A stretch of 64,000 bases of DNA from positions 1,129,122 through 1,193,121 of the forward strand of contig MU004233.1 of NCBI GenBank assembly GCA_010405405.1, written 5' to 3'. A program made the translations under genes and the position numbers. The DNA comes from Microthyrium microscopicum (lineage: Eukaryota). Below are positions 42,403 to 54,612 of the stretch, piece after piece. The notes below the pieces were generated by a model. The model did not search any database, had not been told where the DNA came from, and saw only the letters and a list, made by a program, of their open reading frames with translations. The number at the start of each line of letters is the position of its first letter. The first letter of the stretch is position 1.

Positions 42403-42546
42403 GCTACTTCTGGAGAATATCCCATACAACCCCGATTCGTGTTAGCGCCTTCGGAACTTGCCGACGTCCTCCTTACTTCGAGTCAGGTTACACCCACTTC
42501 GGTACACACCAACCAGGTAGATCCGACGTCTGATGGGGGCAATTCC

Positions 42547-43687
42547 ATGATGCCCAAGTCTCATAGTGGAGACGGCTACATCAGCGACGAGTCTGACTTC
42601 TTCGGTTTGTAGCTCTTCATCAGGCTGGTCCAATGCTGCGACTAACGCAGCCCTATAGGAGACGATAATCAAAAGCACGAGGCTGAAAACATAGCCAATG
42701 CTTTTTCCAAGATCGATTTCCATCAACAATGGTCTTTTCTACAAAGGAGTGTCACCGCAAAGGCCTACACCGCTACCCAGCTACTGGACCCTGTGGTGTC
42801 GCGGCCATCCACTCCAGTGCCCAAAGGACCGCGCATTAATCCCTACGAAGGCCAGGAAGATGCCTGGCAACTCCATGAGACCGCAGATGAATTTCTGGAA
42901 CGTGTTCCTCCCTTGAACAATCAATACCTCGACTGGCTTTGGGTCGCCAATCCTTACGCAAAAAAAGCCGATAAGTTCGGAGACGAAGGAGGGAATCGAG
43001 ACCATCCACAATTCATGAAGCGTGGAATAGAGCTTTTAGAAGACTTCAAGGAACGAAAAGCTCGGAAAGAGAGACCTCGCCCAGACGATCTCAAGAAGGC
43101 GATTCTGGAACTAGCGACGGAGAATGGGATCACGAATGGAAAAGTACCTCGCGCCTGTTGAACCCGCGAGCTCTCACGTTGCTAATCATTTCAGTGGCTG
43201 CTATTTGTCACAACCGACTATGTCAACACTGTCTGGAGAACGGTCGTGAAGGCCACAATTGAAGACCGTCTGGGAAACGGAGCAAAGATTGCTGCACAGG
43301 ATAAAGCAACAGGCGGTCCACGAGTTATCTGCATCTATACCAACGATTTCAACGACCGAGAAGACATCAGACGCGTTGTCAAAGAGCTCAGGGAGCTCAA
43401 ATGCCTGCACAAGGATGAGAAACAATCAGTACGTAGTACCCAATATCCACGCTCTGTCTGCTGAACCGTGACTAATTAATTAGATCTGGTACAAATGCGA
43501 CGCCTATACCTACTTATCGATTATGAGCGGCAATGAGTATGGCTTGAAAGCCAGTCTCTATGGAAGTGCCGACATCCTCACAAATCGGGATCTCGTAGTT
43601 AAACCAGTCGACAAGGGAAAGAGAAAAGCATCACAGGCGTCACTGGGGAAGTTCTTCAGCCCTGAGCGGAAGCGCCGAGCAGCTTAG
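42547..43687 (+). CDS. DUF1917 / BLES03 (C11orf68)-like protein; 4 exons
   Basis: DGYISDESDFFG, AWQLHETADEFLERVPP, WLWVANP, ITNGK|WLLF, ICIYTNDF and IWYKCDAYTYL. Confidence 0.82.
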
Positions 43688-43848
43688 TCTTAAGGCTGAG
43701 TATCATTTTGACAGTCTGGAGGCATTGTGCAGTTTTATATCCAGTATTTCTGTTCTATACCCCATGTAGCCATGTTTTATATGAATTTCTGACTTTATTC
43801 AATTACAGTTCTATCCAGACTCGACCGATCTTGACTTGTCTGTGAGGA

Positions 43849-44193
43849 CTAACTGCTTTCAGTGCCGGTCTGCTGTCCTTTCTTGAGCTCTTGCTCAATA
43901 TTTTTTACCTCCGCCGAGAGAAGTCTCATGTGGTTGGACACAATTTCTGTTAGCTGGGAAGCACAAATCTCATCGGATAGTGTAGGTTTGGCACGCATCA
44001 TCTCCATAAAGGTTTTGCCGTGTTTCATGACCTCCCGATAGGCACTATGAAGTGGCATCGAGGATATCAATTCCTCAAGCAACATCTGCGTCAGTGGAGA
44101 ATCCTCGGGCAGATCCATATCCTTCCAGTCACTTTCCTTCTTAGACAGGTGAGAGAATATGAACTTGCTAAAGAGCTTGTGCACTCGATCGAC
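43849..44193 (-). pseudogene. Array copy a: C-terminal fragment (or short gene) of the orphan family
   Basis: VDRVHKLFSKFIFSHLSKKESDWKDMDLP aligns with VQRVHKRFGDFAAASLSKVEERWNTMNVP of copy b. It is preceded by a splice acceptor (GTTAAC...TTCCAG); no N-terminal family exon is recognisable. Confidence 0.55.
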
Positions 44194-44968
44194 CTGGAAT
44201 TTGTTAACATGAAATCACGATTGGAGCTAACACCACGAAAACACCCATCGGATTCGGTGGAATCCATAGCATTCGATTAAGAACGCATTCTATGGTAGCC
44301 ATTGAGTTGGATCTTTCGCGAAAATTCTTGCGAACTGTTCGACCTGGCGAAGCTTCTCCAACGCAGGAGATGTAGCGACTGTGGACGATATTGTACGACG
44401 CGGTGGAATGGATTCGTTGGTGAGAAAGGACGGTTATGCTAGAGTGAGAGGTGAAACACGGCGGGCTAGGCAGCAGACTGATCAGGTGGGGAATCCAGCT
44501 CAGAAACAATAGTGCAACTGATTTCGGAGATCTGAGGGGCTCAAGAGTGCTCAAAAATATACTGAGCTGGAAGATCGTGTAGATGGGAGTCAACTGAAAG
44601 TACAAAAAGGACGCTTGTCCATCGAGGAACTGCCAGCCACAACCTATTGTTTGAATGTGCTAAGTTGGCTGATTGCATACTATCATGAATCGAAAACATG
44701 GCCCGTGGTAATTAAATCGTCCGATAAAAGCCTTTGTTGAATGGTAATGGCTGCAGTGAACGGGAGCATACCGATTATCATCCGTCGCAACGCAGTGATC
44801 ATTTGCTCCATAGCCCACTAACTGTATAAAGCCTATCTACCGGACTGCCCAGATACCAACGGTCTGCCTTCGAAGCAGATGAGAACGTGTTGAGTGATAT
44901 CCAACAGTCGAGCTCCGTAACTCTCTCATTACTTCGCCTTGAATCCAATACCCAGTGTCTTCCCAGAT

Positions 44969-46180
44969 TCAACACTGCTTGTTCTTGGCCTCAATAGCCT
45001 CCTCCTTGTCTCGCTGTTCCTCAAGTCTTTGGGCTTCTTCCCACAAAAGAATCACGTTATTCTGTGCAAACTTCGGCAGAATCAATGCTAGAGATTGCTC
45101 CTCTATCTCACGATACTTGTGCAGAAGCTCCAGACAGTCGCCGCTGTTAGCCGTATGAGCTTGATAATTCCGTGGTGTCCAGCTCTTCATATATGCAAGT
45201 AGTATTCCCATGTACGGGTGACTCATGGGTACATTCATTGTGTTCCAGCGTTCTTCAACCTTTGACAAAGATGCGGCAGCGAAATCCCCGAAGCGTTTGT
45301 GTACGCGCTGAACTTTGTTCATCATGATTCTGTGCGCAGCGGCCTTCCAGTTGTTTATAGCCTGCTGCTTATGGGCTTCATCTGCTCCTTTCCAAGCACT
45401 TCCCAGGTCATCGAGGGCGGCTTCCTTGGTCAGCTGGTATTCCTGATAATGAGCTATCAATCGGCATATGGAAATGACATGGTTGGTGAGTGTAGCGTTC
45501 AAGAAAATCCGGGTAATCTGAGCCTCTATTGAGTTTCCGGTGACCAAAGAAATGACGTCTGGCATGCGACATAACTTCATGACTGCTACTACCCACTTCC
45601 ACCGTTCAGTATCGGAAGGGAAGTCTCTATCTTGGCGAGATAAGGCGTTGGTATCTACCCATTTCAGAATGAGTATCTTAAAATCCTGCCAGTCGAAGTG
45701 CTCACTTCCAATTCCTCGGGTTCGCAAGAGATATGCCATTGTTTCGATAGAAGTGGAGAGGTCTATTCCCATCGTTTCGAAATCTGGCCATAGCTTCTGG
45801 AAAGATAATCAGCATCAGCATTGTTTTCCGGTATGTTCTATTGGCAAATGGCAGTAAGCTGTGTCTCTCACAGCCTTTAGCAACCTTCATGATCCATGCA
45901 GTATGCGGCTATGCCGTCTATTTTGACGGCTATTGGCCAACAAGCAGCGTCTTACCTTCGTCTCTGCAGTCGCCTCTCGCACGTTGAAACTATCTCCCTC
46001 GAAGATTTTCTTCAGTTCGGTAGATGGTTGCGTTGATTGAGGAATGAGAGCTGAAAACAACGGAAGCCTGAAAAGAATGGAATTGAGCTTGTTCTGGTCA
46101 GGATCATTGGCGCAATACTTCGACAGTCTTTCGAGTTCACGGATTTTGTCTAGTGGAGAGTTGGATTCCTCATCCGACAT
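44969..46180 (-). CDS. Array copy b: orphan family protein, apparently intact
   Basis: Exon 1 MSDEESNSPLDKIRELERL...FNVREATAETK; intron 45797-45955 (GTAAGA...CAG); exon 2 KLWPDFETMGIDLSTSI...ILKWVD. Confidence 0.75.
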
Positions 46181-46854
46181 TGTTCTGAGCAGCAAACGGA
46201 TTCTGGTACGTTCGAGCAGTGCAAATGTTTTGAGTAAATAAGAATCGATGACCGGGGAACGACCAGGTAGATATAGAGCTGGAGTTGACAAGGTAGATTA
46301 CTCTAGTGTTATTGCCTAGCCCAGCATCTGAATTGTTGGAAGGTCAACCTTTTATAGCAATAGGAAAGGCTTCGGAAGGGTAGCATGATCGATTTGAATT
46401 CTGACACAAAGGCACAACACCGGATAGATACTCCTGATTCACTTTATTTGCCCAGCTTGCATACACCAACTACTTCGACGACCTGATCTCATTCCCAAGT
46501 GACAGGGGACGCTTCAGATCGATTTTCGCGGTCTGGTTTCTTACAAATTGAACACACCGCCGACATTCCAGATTCCATACTCAACTATCACCTGCCTTCT
46601 CCTGCAGGTCCTGAGCGTGACATCCACGGCTCGAATGATTACGATGTAATGGAGACTCGTATGTCTTACACAATTTGGCAATGTGCACGAAGGACTGTTT
46701 ATCATTTGCTCATAGTTCCAGCACACAAGGCTGTTAAATATCTTCTACAACAATCAAGATTTGCGAAGAACCAATCATTCCAAGTTGGAAGATGGTGTCT
46801 GGTGCAATATCTCAACGTTTGACTTCACATTGGTATGATGAAATTTCCAGTCCT

Positions 46855-48008
46855 TCAAGTGCCTTTTTTGTATTCGTTTCCGGTAGCGTCATTCGAACCC
46901 GTGTTGCCATGTTGATCTTTCGGTTGCTTCTCAAATCGCTGATTGTTTGCTATCCGTTGCTTTTGTCTCTTCCCATCTTCCCATAGAGCGAACATGTTTT
47001 CCAGGGCGATGTCCGTCAACTTCGACTTATAGATCTTATTCCATTTCTGCTCATAGAGACGCAGAAATTCTGCACAGCTCTTGCCGGCGGTCAACTCATT
47101 TGAAAAGGTTGCCAGCATACTGAGCGCAGCGCTTTCAATCATTGACCCCGATTCTATGGCCATCGCGTTCCAACCTATGCTTAACTGGGTTACACTTTGT
47201 TTTTGATGCAAGGTGAAGCGGTCGTGTATTTCGAAGGTCTTTGTCTGCATCAAGTCAAGTGTAGCCAACTTCCAGTCATCCAAAACCCTTCCTTCGCTCT
47301 TTTCATCCGCTTTTTGCCAAGCAGTCATCAATCTATCAATGGTAGAGTCTTTGTTGTCTTGATATGGCTGCCGATGGGCTAGAGCTCTGCATGAAAAAAC
47401 AATAATCTCGTGGCGGAATACTTGGTAGACCCATCGCTCGGCTTGGACTACCTTTGAGTGACTATCTTCCAGGGGATTGTCCTCAGGAGGTATGGTAGTA
47501 CAATGTGCGATCTCTACTGCGTACTCCCAGCGCCAGCAATCAGAATGAAAGTCGCCTTGAAGGCGAGAGATTAGATCACAGTCGATCCACTTGAGAGTCA
47601 GTACTCTGGCCGATTCCAAGATTAGCTCCCTGCTACCAAACCCTTGCTCGATTGCGAATTTGGCCATCGAAGCAATTGACTTAGACAACTCAGCTCTCGG
47701 TAAACTGAGATCTGGCCAAAGTTTCTAAGGCTAAAATTTAGTTTATCTCATGATCGAACAAGGTCGTTATGATATACTTTGATCTCGTCGGTTGCCTTCT
47801 CCAGGTCAAAGCTATCTTTTTCTAAAGCCTTTCGAAGCTCTGGCCATGACTCTGTTGATTTCAACTCAGGTAGAGATTTGAACTCATAGATGCTGCGAAC
47901 CACGTTACTCAGTCTGTCTGAGCTCAAATCGCTCATGAGCTCCCTGATATAACGCTCTAGCTCATGAAGCTTCTTCAAGGCGGGAGACTCGAGGACAACA
48001 GAAGCCAT
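46855..48008 (-). CDS. Array copy c: orphan family protein, apparently intact
   Basis: Exon 1 MASVVLESPALKKLHELERY...FDLEKATDEIK; intron 47725-47777; exon 2 KLWPDLSLPRAELSKSIASM...TLKWID. Confidence 0.78.
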
Positions 48009-48809
48009 TACAGTGAGCTGCGGTATGTTTTCCAAGCGAGCTTAGTATCCGAGCTGCGGGTTAGGAAGAATGCCGGCTGAAAACGAAAGAGCAGGACAAG
48101 TAGGTAGTTCAAACGGCGTCAAAAAGTTGACTGAGTATTATTCAGACGTAGTGAAAAGATCGACTCCAGCTATGAATACGGAAGATGAGGCATAGCACAA
48201 TAGGTACCTACTTATTTGACACATTTCCATGACCCGGCAGGTATGTTTGTCACGATTTGCCATGAAAGTAATATACAACAGCTGACAATTTCTGTATGAG
48301 AAATTTGACACTCAACAATGAACCTGTTCCGCGGCCAGATCCACCCTTTTTGTCGCTCATTTGATATTGAGATGATCATCAGCTCAAACACGGCTCAAAT
48401 TATCGGCGCGACTCCAATGGGCTGGGAAGTCTAAGTCATGCTTTGCTCTTGGTATAGTTCCGATCTGGCCTCGACTTGTGGAACTCCGCCAGATGTCCAG
48501 ATACAGGAGAGTGAAGAAACACGATCTCCTTCCGAATTACAGTTGGATGATGGCAAACAAAATGCACCGTATTTCATGGGCATTTTCTAGAAAAGGCCAG
48601 AGTGCTGAGTTACTAAACTTGACTGTGCTTATAGCTGAATACCTCGCTGCGAGACACATTCACTGCCTTCTCCGATTCCCTCTTTGATGTTTTTGATCCG
48701 AACGTTTTCTGACACTTTCTAAGGTTGTCATAATAGCTTGCTCCTATCCCGTGCGCACTCCGATTCCATGGAGGGTCACCTGCCGCCAACCGCTAAAAAG
48801 TGTTGCATG

Positions 48810-50207
48810 CTAGTGTTCATCCTTAACATCACTGGTCAAAATCTCATCCTCCTCAAGACCATCCTCTTCGCCTTCATCTTCACTATCGCTAGGATAGTAA
48901 CGAGTGGAATATTCTCCTTCCTCCTCTTTCAATTCCTTCTTCACTTGCCCTTTCGCCTTCTTCGCCGCCTTCTCGAATAGCACGAGGTAGTCGTAGCATT
49001 GATATCGAACTTGTTCATTCCAGTGCTCCTGATTCTCCTTAGTTGCAGAACGGAAATACTCAACGAAGTTCTTGCTATCATCTGAGCCTGATGCTAGCTT
49101 TGTTGGTGAGAAACGCTTTTGGGCAGCAAGCTGATTCTTGAGAACCTCATCTGGAATATTCAACTTCTTCCAGTGGGCTTCAAACTTGCCCTTGAAAAAG
49201 CGATTGAATGACTCGAATCGGTTGTTGATTCAAAGCACTTCATCTTATAGCTTTCTATTCATGCTCGCTGACCTTGTCGAGAAGATATGTTTGCCGTCTG
49301 CGTAACATTTATCTTCCCAAACTTTCAGGAAATTCTGAACAGCCACATCTTTGAGGTCATGGTACACTTTGCGAATTGCAAGGAACCAGCTGATATTCAA
49401 AATCGGCAGGAAGATGGCAGCGAAAGCCTGAAGGCGCGACAATGGTTGGTCTCGACGTGAAGGGACCTGTAACATTGTCATTACAATTCTACCAAGGATT
49501 ATCAATAGAACGGCTGAGGCTAATAAAAACAAATGAAATTTCCTACGCGACATTACATGAATCGTGCTTCGCAGTAGGAGGTAACAGAGAACTGGCGGCC
49601 ACAAGAAGGTATGGTATCGCAAGATATTCTTATACGATTGCAACTTACCTTGTGTCCGTGGCACAATTGGACAATAGCATGGACATATTCCATGCGCTTG
49701 TCCGCCGATGGAAAGTCACCCGCTTCGCGACGCAAGACATCAAGGTCGACCTATTTCAGGATGGCCAGTTTGAAGTTTCGCCAAGTGGACGTGAACTTCA
49801 GGAACTCCTCTTCGTGTAAGGCGCGAACAAGTGAGGCAATGGACGTCGACAATCTAGCACCCAAGACTTTGAGCTCTGGCCAGAGTTTCTACTGGAGATC
49901 AGAAAAAGAATGTAAGGTGCGCAAGATGAACATAACACCATACCTCAGCCTCAGTGCTTGCCTTCTCCAGGTTGAAGTCAGAAGAACGAAGTTACATCTT
50001 GTTCAGTTCTTTAGATGGCACTTTGGCATTGTTGATCAGAGCGTCAATCTTGGGAAGCTTTTCATAGATGACGGTAAGCTTTTCGATGGTTGGACTCACG
50101 CCGGAATCATCCACCAGAATTTCGACCTCGTGGATTCCACCGAGTGCAGTGGACACAACGACAGGATTCGAAGGCTCACCGATCGATACTTCAGAGGGAA
50201 AATTTAT
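48810..50207 (-). pseudogene. Array copy d: disabled orphan family gene
   Basis: ATA at 50205-50207 sits where copy e has ATG. In-frame stops at 49992 (TAA), 49751 (TAG in conserved ILK[W]VD), 49245 (TAA) and 49230 (TGA). Intron 49889-49943, probable extra intron ~49467-49648. Exon 2 begins KLWPELKVLGARLSTSIASL. Confidence 0.8.
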
Positions 50208-50761
50208 CGTAGACGGGGGACGGTAAGCTGTCAGGGAAATTGAAGATTCGGAAAGGTGGAGGATAATTTTGGAGAAGAGCTGGAGGAGCAAACAGCGAAG
50301 ATCCCTAAGCAGATGTATCAAACAGGCAGGAAGTGCTTCAGAATCTGGGGAGCTTACGTTAAATGGAATGATCACTGTATGCCTCTAAAACTGGGAGATG
50401 GAAGAGTCGGGAGCGCAGTCATCGGTGGAACGATAGACCACCAGCATATCCCAATCGTGGGACGAAAGACGTTCGACTTGACCAATTACGGAGACACGTA
50501 CTTAGAGAGCGCAAGAATGCGTGCTAAGACTTAAAGCTACCCAGGTTGAGGGAGATAGAACATCAAATTAAGGAAATGTATTTCATTTGTACATCTCTTT
50601 CTAAGCCACTACACGCCTCTGCAAACTCGTTCAGAACCCTTTTTTTTGTCTACATCTGCACCTTCTCTGTCCCCTCTCATATCTCGCCGATTCACTTCTC
50701 TGCCGGTTGGCCCTTGATACTTCAAGATAACCAGGTCAATATCCAAGAAGAATGATCTCGA

Positions 50762-52155
50762 TCATTCATTCTCTTCTGTGTCACTGCGAACAATCTCGTC
50801 ATCCTCGCCGCCGCGGACGCTCTCATCATCTTCATCTGTCTGATCCTGCTCAGTCTGCGCTCCAGCGTTTCCCGTGTCTTTGCTCGTCGTCATCTGCTCG
50901 TTCGCCAGTTTTGTTTCGAGCTCTTTCATATCTACAATCAAAAGACCCATGTTGCTATCCCGAACCTCTTCGACTTCGTCCACCCAACGCTTTTTGTGGA
51001 ACTTACCCAACTGGCGTACGAAGGTTACCAGGTCCTTGATACTGTTGGGGTCAACTCCCCAGTCGGCTGATGTGTCGGTGAGCTGTTTTCGTTCAATCAG
51101 AATCTCATCGAGAACCTTCTTGGAAACAGCTAAAGCCTTCAAGTCCGCTTCGAACTTTGGAACAGCATAGTTCAGATGAAATTCTTCAAACTTCTTGTTT
51201 AATGCTTTCATGTCTTTGGTCATCATGGTGCCTGTAGCGTATGCCCAAGCACGAAGAACTCCTTGCTTTTGCTTCTTTGCTTTCCAGGCCTGAGTGAAGT
51301 CCGCTCGGCCAAGACGTCTACTCGCATCGTAGACATTGCCAAAAGCAAGATATCTTAGTGCGGCAAGAGCCTCGACTTCAAACTCGTAGTCGTTGAACAG
51401 CTGGCGAACTTGACCTTTCTTGTTGGTGGCTTGAACGGGAGGCACAGGTAGTAACAAGAAAGTGTCAGCACATACGTACTCCATTCGATCGCGATCTGCT
51501 CTCTCACTGCCGCCGATTCCAGAGATGCAGTAGCTGTCCACCCATTTCAAGATGGTCAATTTGAAGCGATACCAGGTGAAAGTGTGCTTGAGGAGGGGTC
51601 GACAGCGAATGGCCTCATCGAGAGCAACAATAGCGTCGAACAGCTTGCCTTTCAAGACCTTAAGTTCAGGCCAGATGGTCTGGATTTCCAATGTCAGTAC
51701 AATAGCGTTCAATCAAGAAACTGAAGACCTACCTCAACTTCCTCGACTGCTTTGTACAAATCAAAGTCGGACCGGCGCAACATTTTGGTCAGTTCCCAAT
51801 CTTTGTCCCATTCCTCGTGATCTTGCAGGTCGTCCACAGCCGAGTCTATCGGTAGGGTGGAATTGATCCAAGCATCGATGCCGCCGTAATCACCTCTCAA
51901 GTGCATCTCAATCACTGCAGCAGGAACACCAGGATCGGAGTCGGGCAGAGCTGGTGAAGTCACGATGAGGTCTGGGCAGGCGTTGATGCAGACATTAAGC
52001 TCTCTAACTTTAAGCAAGATGGCAACGAGCGTCTCGGGAGCGAGGAAGTTGGTGAATTCCTTCGCGAGGTTCTCAATGACGTGAATTTTGTCAAGTGTGG
52101 TAGATGTAACGACAGTATACGGACGATCAACCGATGATTCAGGTAGGGGAGGCAT
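50762..52155 (-). CDS. Array copy e: orphan family protein (~447 aa), apparently intact
   Basis: Exon 1 MPPLPESSVDRP...WDKDWELTKMLRRSDFDLYKAVEEVE; intron 51680-51732; exon 2 TIWPELKVLKGKL...ILKWVDSYCISG. Acidic tail. Confidence 0.8.
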
Positions 52156-52770
52156 TGCTGTAAGCAAATGCTGCTAAGAGAGTGTAATGTCTGTGAAAAT
52201 TGGCTTTGTGGATGACTGAGAGATAAGAGTCAGGGCTGAAGGAAGAGGATTTGGAGAAATGTTTGAAGAGATGAGAGTGGAGAGCAAGTTGAGGGAACGA
52301 GGTTTTTCGGTGATCGAGTGCGCGTGTTGGAGCTAAGTCTAGAAGCTTCTTGAGCGTTCCGAATACATCTTAGAAGAAGCTGCCAAATAAGGTAGGTCTG
52401 TTGCCGGGACACCCTACCTTAAGTACCTACTTAGTTGCTTCTTCTGGTAGGTTGAGATTTGGATGCATTTGAGATCGGTCTCCATCCATACCAAGCTTTA
52501 GGCAGGAGCGACGAGGAATACAGTGGGCCTTTTAAGATTGGTCAAGATTGGATAGAATACGAGTATCAATACTGGGGACATACCGGATTTCATAAAGTGG
52601 CGGAAGCATAGGAGTCCATTCTCACTTCAGCCCTACAGTACCTGTATGGATATACATGTGTAATTGTGTTATTCACCATAACTGTCATAGACAAACAAAG
52701 CCCGCGTTCGATAAGTAGTAATGTTCAGCTATACGATGACTGAAAGTCGAAGTCGCTTCATCATCTCACA

Positions 52771-54004
52771 TCAATGATCGCAAGATCGACCCTCTTTTTC
52801 CGACAGAATGACCTTTGCCCAAACACCTTGTTCCATCTGATCGGTTTCGGAGATATCATTTGTTTCCAATCTCTGATCAATGTCTTGCAAGCGCTTTTTC
52901 TCTAGCGCCTGCTTCTCTGCTAGCATTTGTTCGACTAACTTCATATATCCCACCATGGTCCGTATCTGATCATCCGCAACTTGAGACACGTTATTCGGGA
53001 TCAAGCCTCTTCGGCCAGAATTGTACACATCGACAAACGTTAGCTGATTGCTCAATTCGGCCTTGGACAGTGAGCACTTCTCGAGATTGGTTTTGAAGTT
53101 CTGGGCAAAAGCATTTTCAACTGCGTTACACTTCTAGTGCAGTGCCTCCAGCTTTTTGGTGGTTTTCTGGCGCATAATCTTCTCCCAGACATGTCGATAG
53201 GACTTCTGGTCTGTCGCCTTCCTCCATTCATTTGCGAAGGTGTCGGCACCAGCAATCAGGTTGTCGTAGAATACGTCCCAGGAGGCGAGTTCTCTCCAGC
53301 ATTGGAGGATCCACTGTCCAAGTAGGTGATTATAGATCAACATCGCAACGTAGTTGCTGTTGTCTATCCGTACCTCGCCGACTGGCGCGTCCGCTAACAT
53401 CAACTGGCACACGCTGCGCACATATTTTAGTCGCTGGCTGGCAGCTTGCCACTTGTTGCCGACCCGAGAGCCATAGCAGATGTCCATCCATTTCAGTATA
53501 ACTAGTGATAGCTCGCGCCATGTGAGGTCCTCGGGTTCTTTTTTGATCGCGAAGCCCAGGGACTTGATAGCCTTGGGCAAGGCCTTTCCCAGGACTTTCA
53601 ATTCCGGCCACATCGTCTACAGACCAGGAGTCATTAAAAAGCTAGGATAAATCATAGCATCAGACACATACCTCCACTTCACCGGCTGCGTTCTCTGGGT
53701 CGAATTCGACCCGGTTTAGCATGTTGCTGAGCTCCGGGGTCCATTCATCGGTCTCTTTGCTAGGATCATACTGAGGAGAATCCTTTATAAATTTGCGTTC
53801 TTTCTCTGGATACAATCGAATTGAGCTACGGTGAAGACTGCGTATCTTACTAATGATGCCGATGACCAGTTCGACACTCGGATTGCGATATAGTTCTGCG
53901 ACGAGACGTTCGATTTCCTAAATCAATTTGAGGGTCGGAGACTCAAGGCGAGGCTTTGGCTTTGGCTTTGGCTTGTCAGCCAGTGTAGGGGGAGTCGGAG
54001 CCAT
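52771..54004 (-). pseudogene. Array copy f: orphan family gene with two in-frame TAG stops
   Basis: MAPTPP...LESPTLKLI*EIERL (TAG 53918-53920); FDPENAAGEVE, intron 53617-53671, then TMWPELKVLGKAL...ILKWMD; LEALH*KCNAV (TAG 53134-53136). The frame is otherwise open to 52771. Confidence 0.78.
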
Positions 54005-54612
54005 TAAGTAGCTTGATGAACTGATTTGGCAAAAGGCTTGGGGACTCCAGGGCTGTAGAAGATAAAGAGTATACCAACAAAAAGTCGGCAGGCACCTGGG
54101 TAGCGACTGACTGCCAACTGAGACGCTTCCACCACAGACGATGGCTCCCATCAGCGCTACCAAAGAAAGCTGCTATGTTTCCCGGCGCATTGAATAAAAG
54201 AGTGGCAATTCAAGACAGGCTTTGGGGAATAAAACACTCGATGATAAAACGTAGCCTACGGGAGGGAGCGAGTGTGATGGCAGCGGTCCATATGTTTTGC
54301 CAGTCCGTTGGGTCGCCAAATGGCTGCTCTTGGACTCTGTAATCATTCTCTCTGGGATGCTCCAAGATGTGCTATTTTAATGTGAAAGTGACTGACCAAT
54401 TCCCGTCGTTGGTGTTGGCTGCCAAAGAAGCAACACAGCAAAAGACGGCATGATTTTCATTGGATTCGATGCAGATTGCAAATCAGAACGCCGTTCACAT
54501 TGATGTTCCAAGACTAGGTGGTCCTATTATTCTTGATGACCATCCAGAATGATGATGATGATCCGATCAACAGCCACCTACTATCTCATTATGCTCGAGC
54601 TCTGCTACCACC

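Noticed and set aside
49751..49753. A-to-I editing rescue of copy d (UAG to UGG would restore the conserved Trp)
   Set aside because: The same copy also has two TAA stops, a TGA and a lost start codon, so simple pseudogenisation is more parsimonious.
49442..50243. Plus-strand ORFs of 125 and 210 aa inside the array
   Set aside because: Antisense to pseudogene copy d, whose minus strand carries the family motifs.
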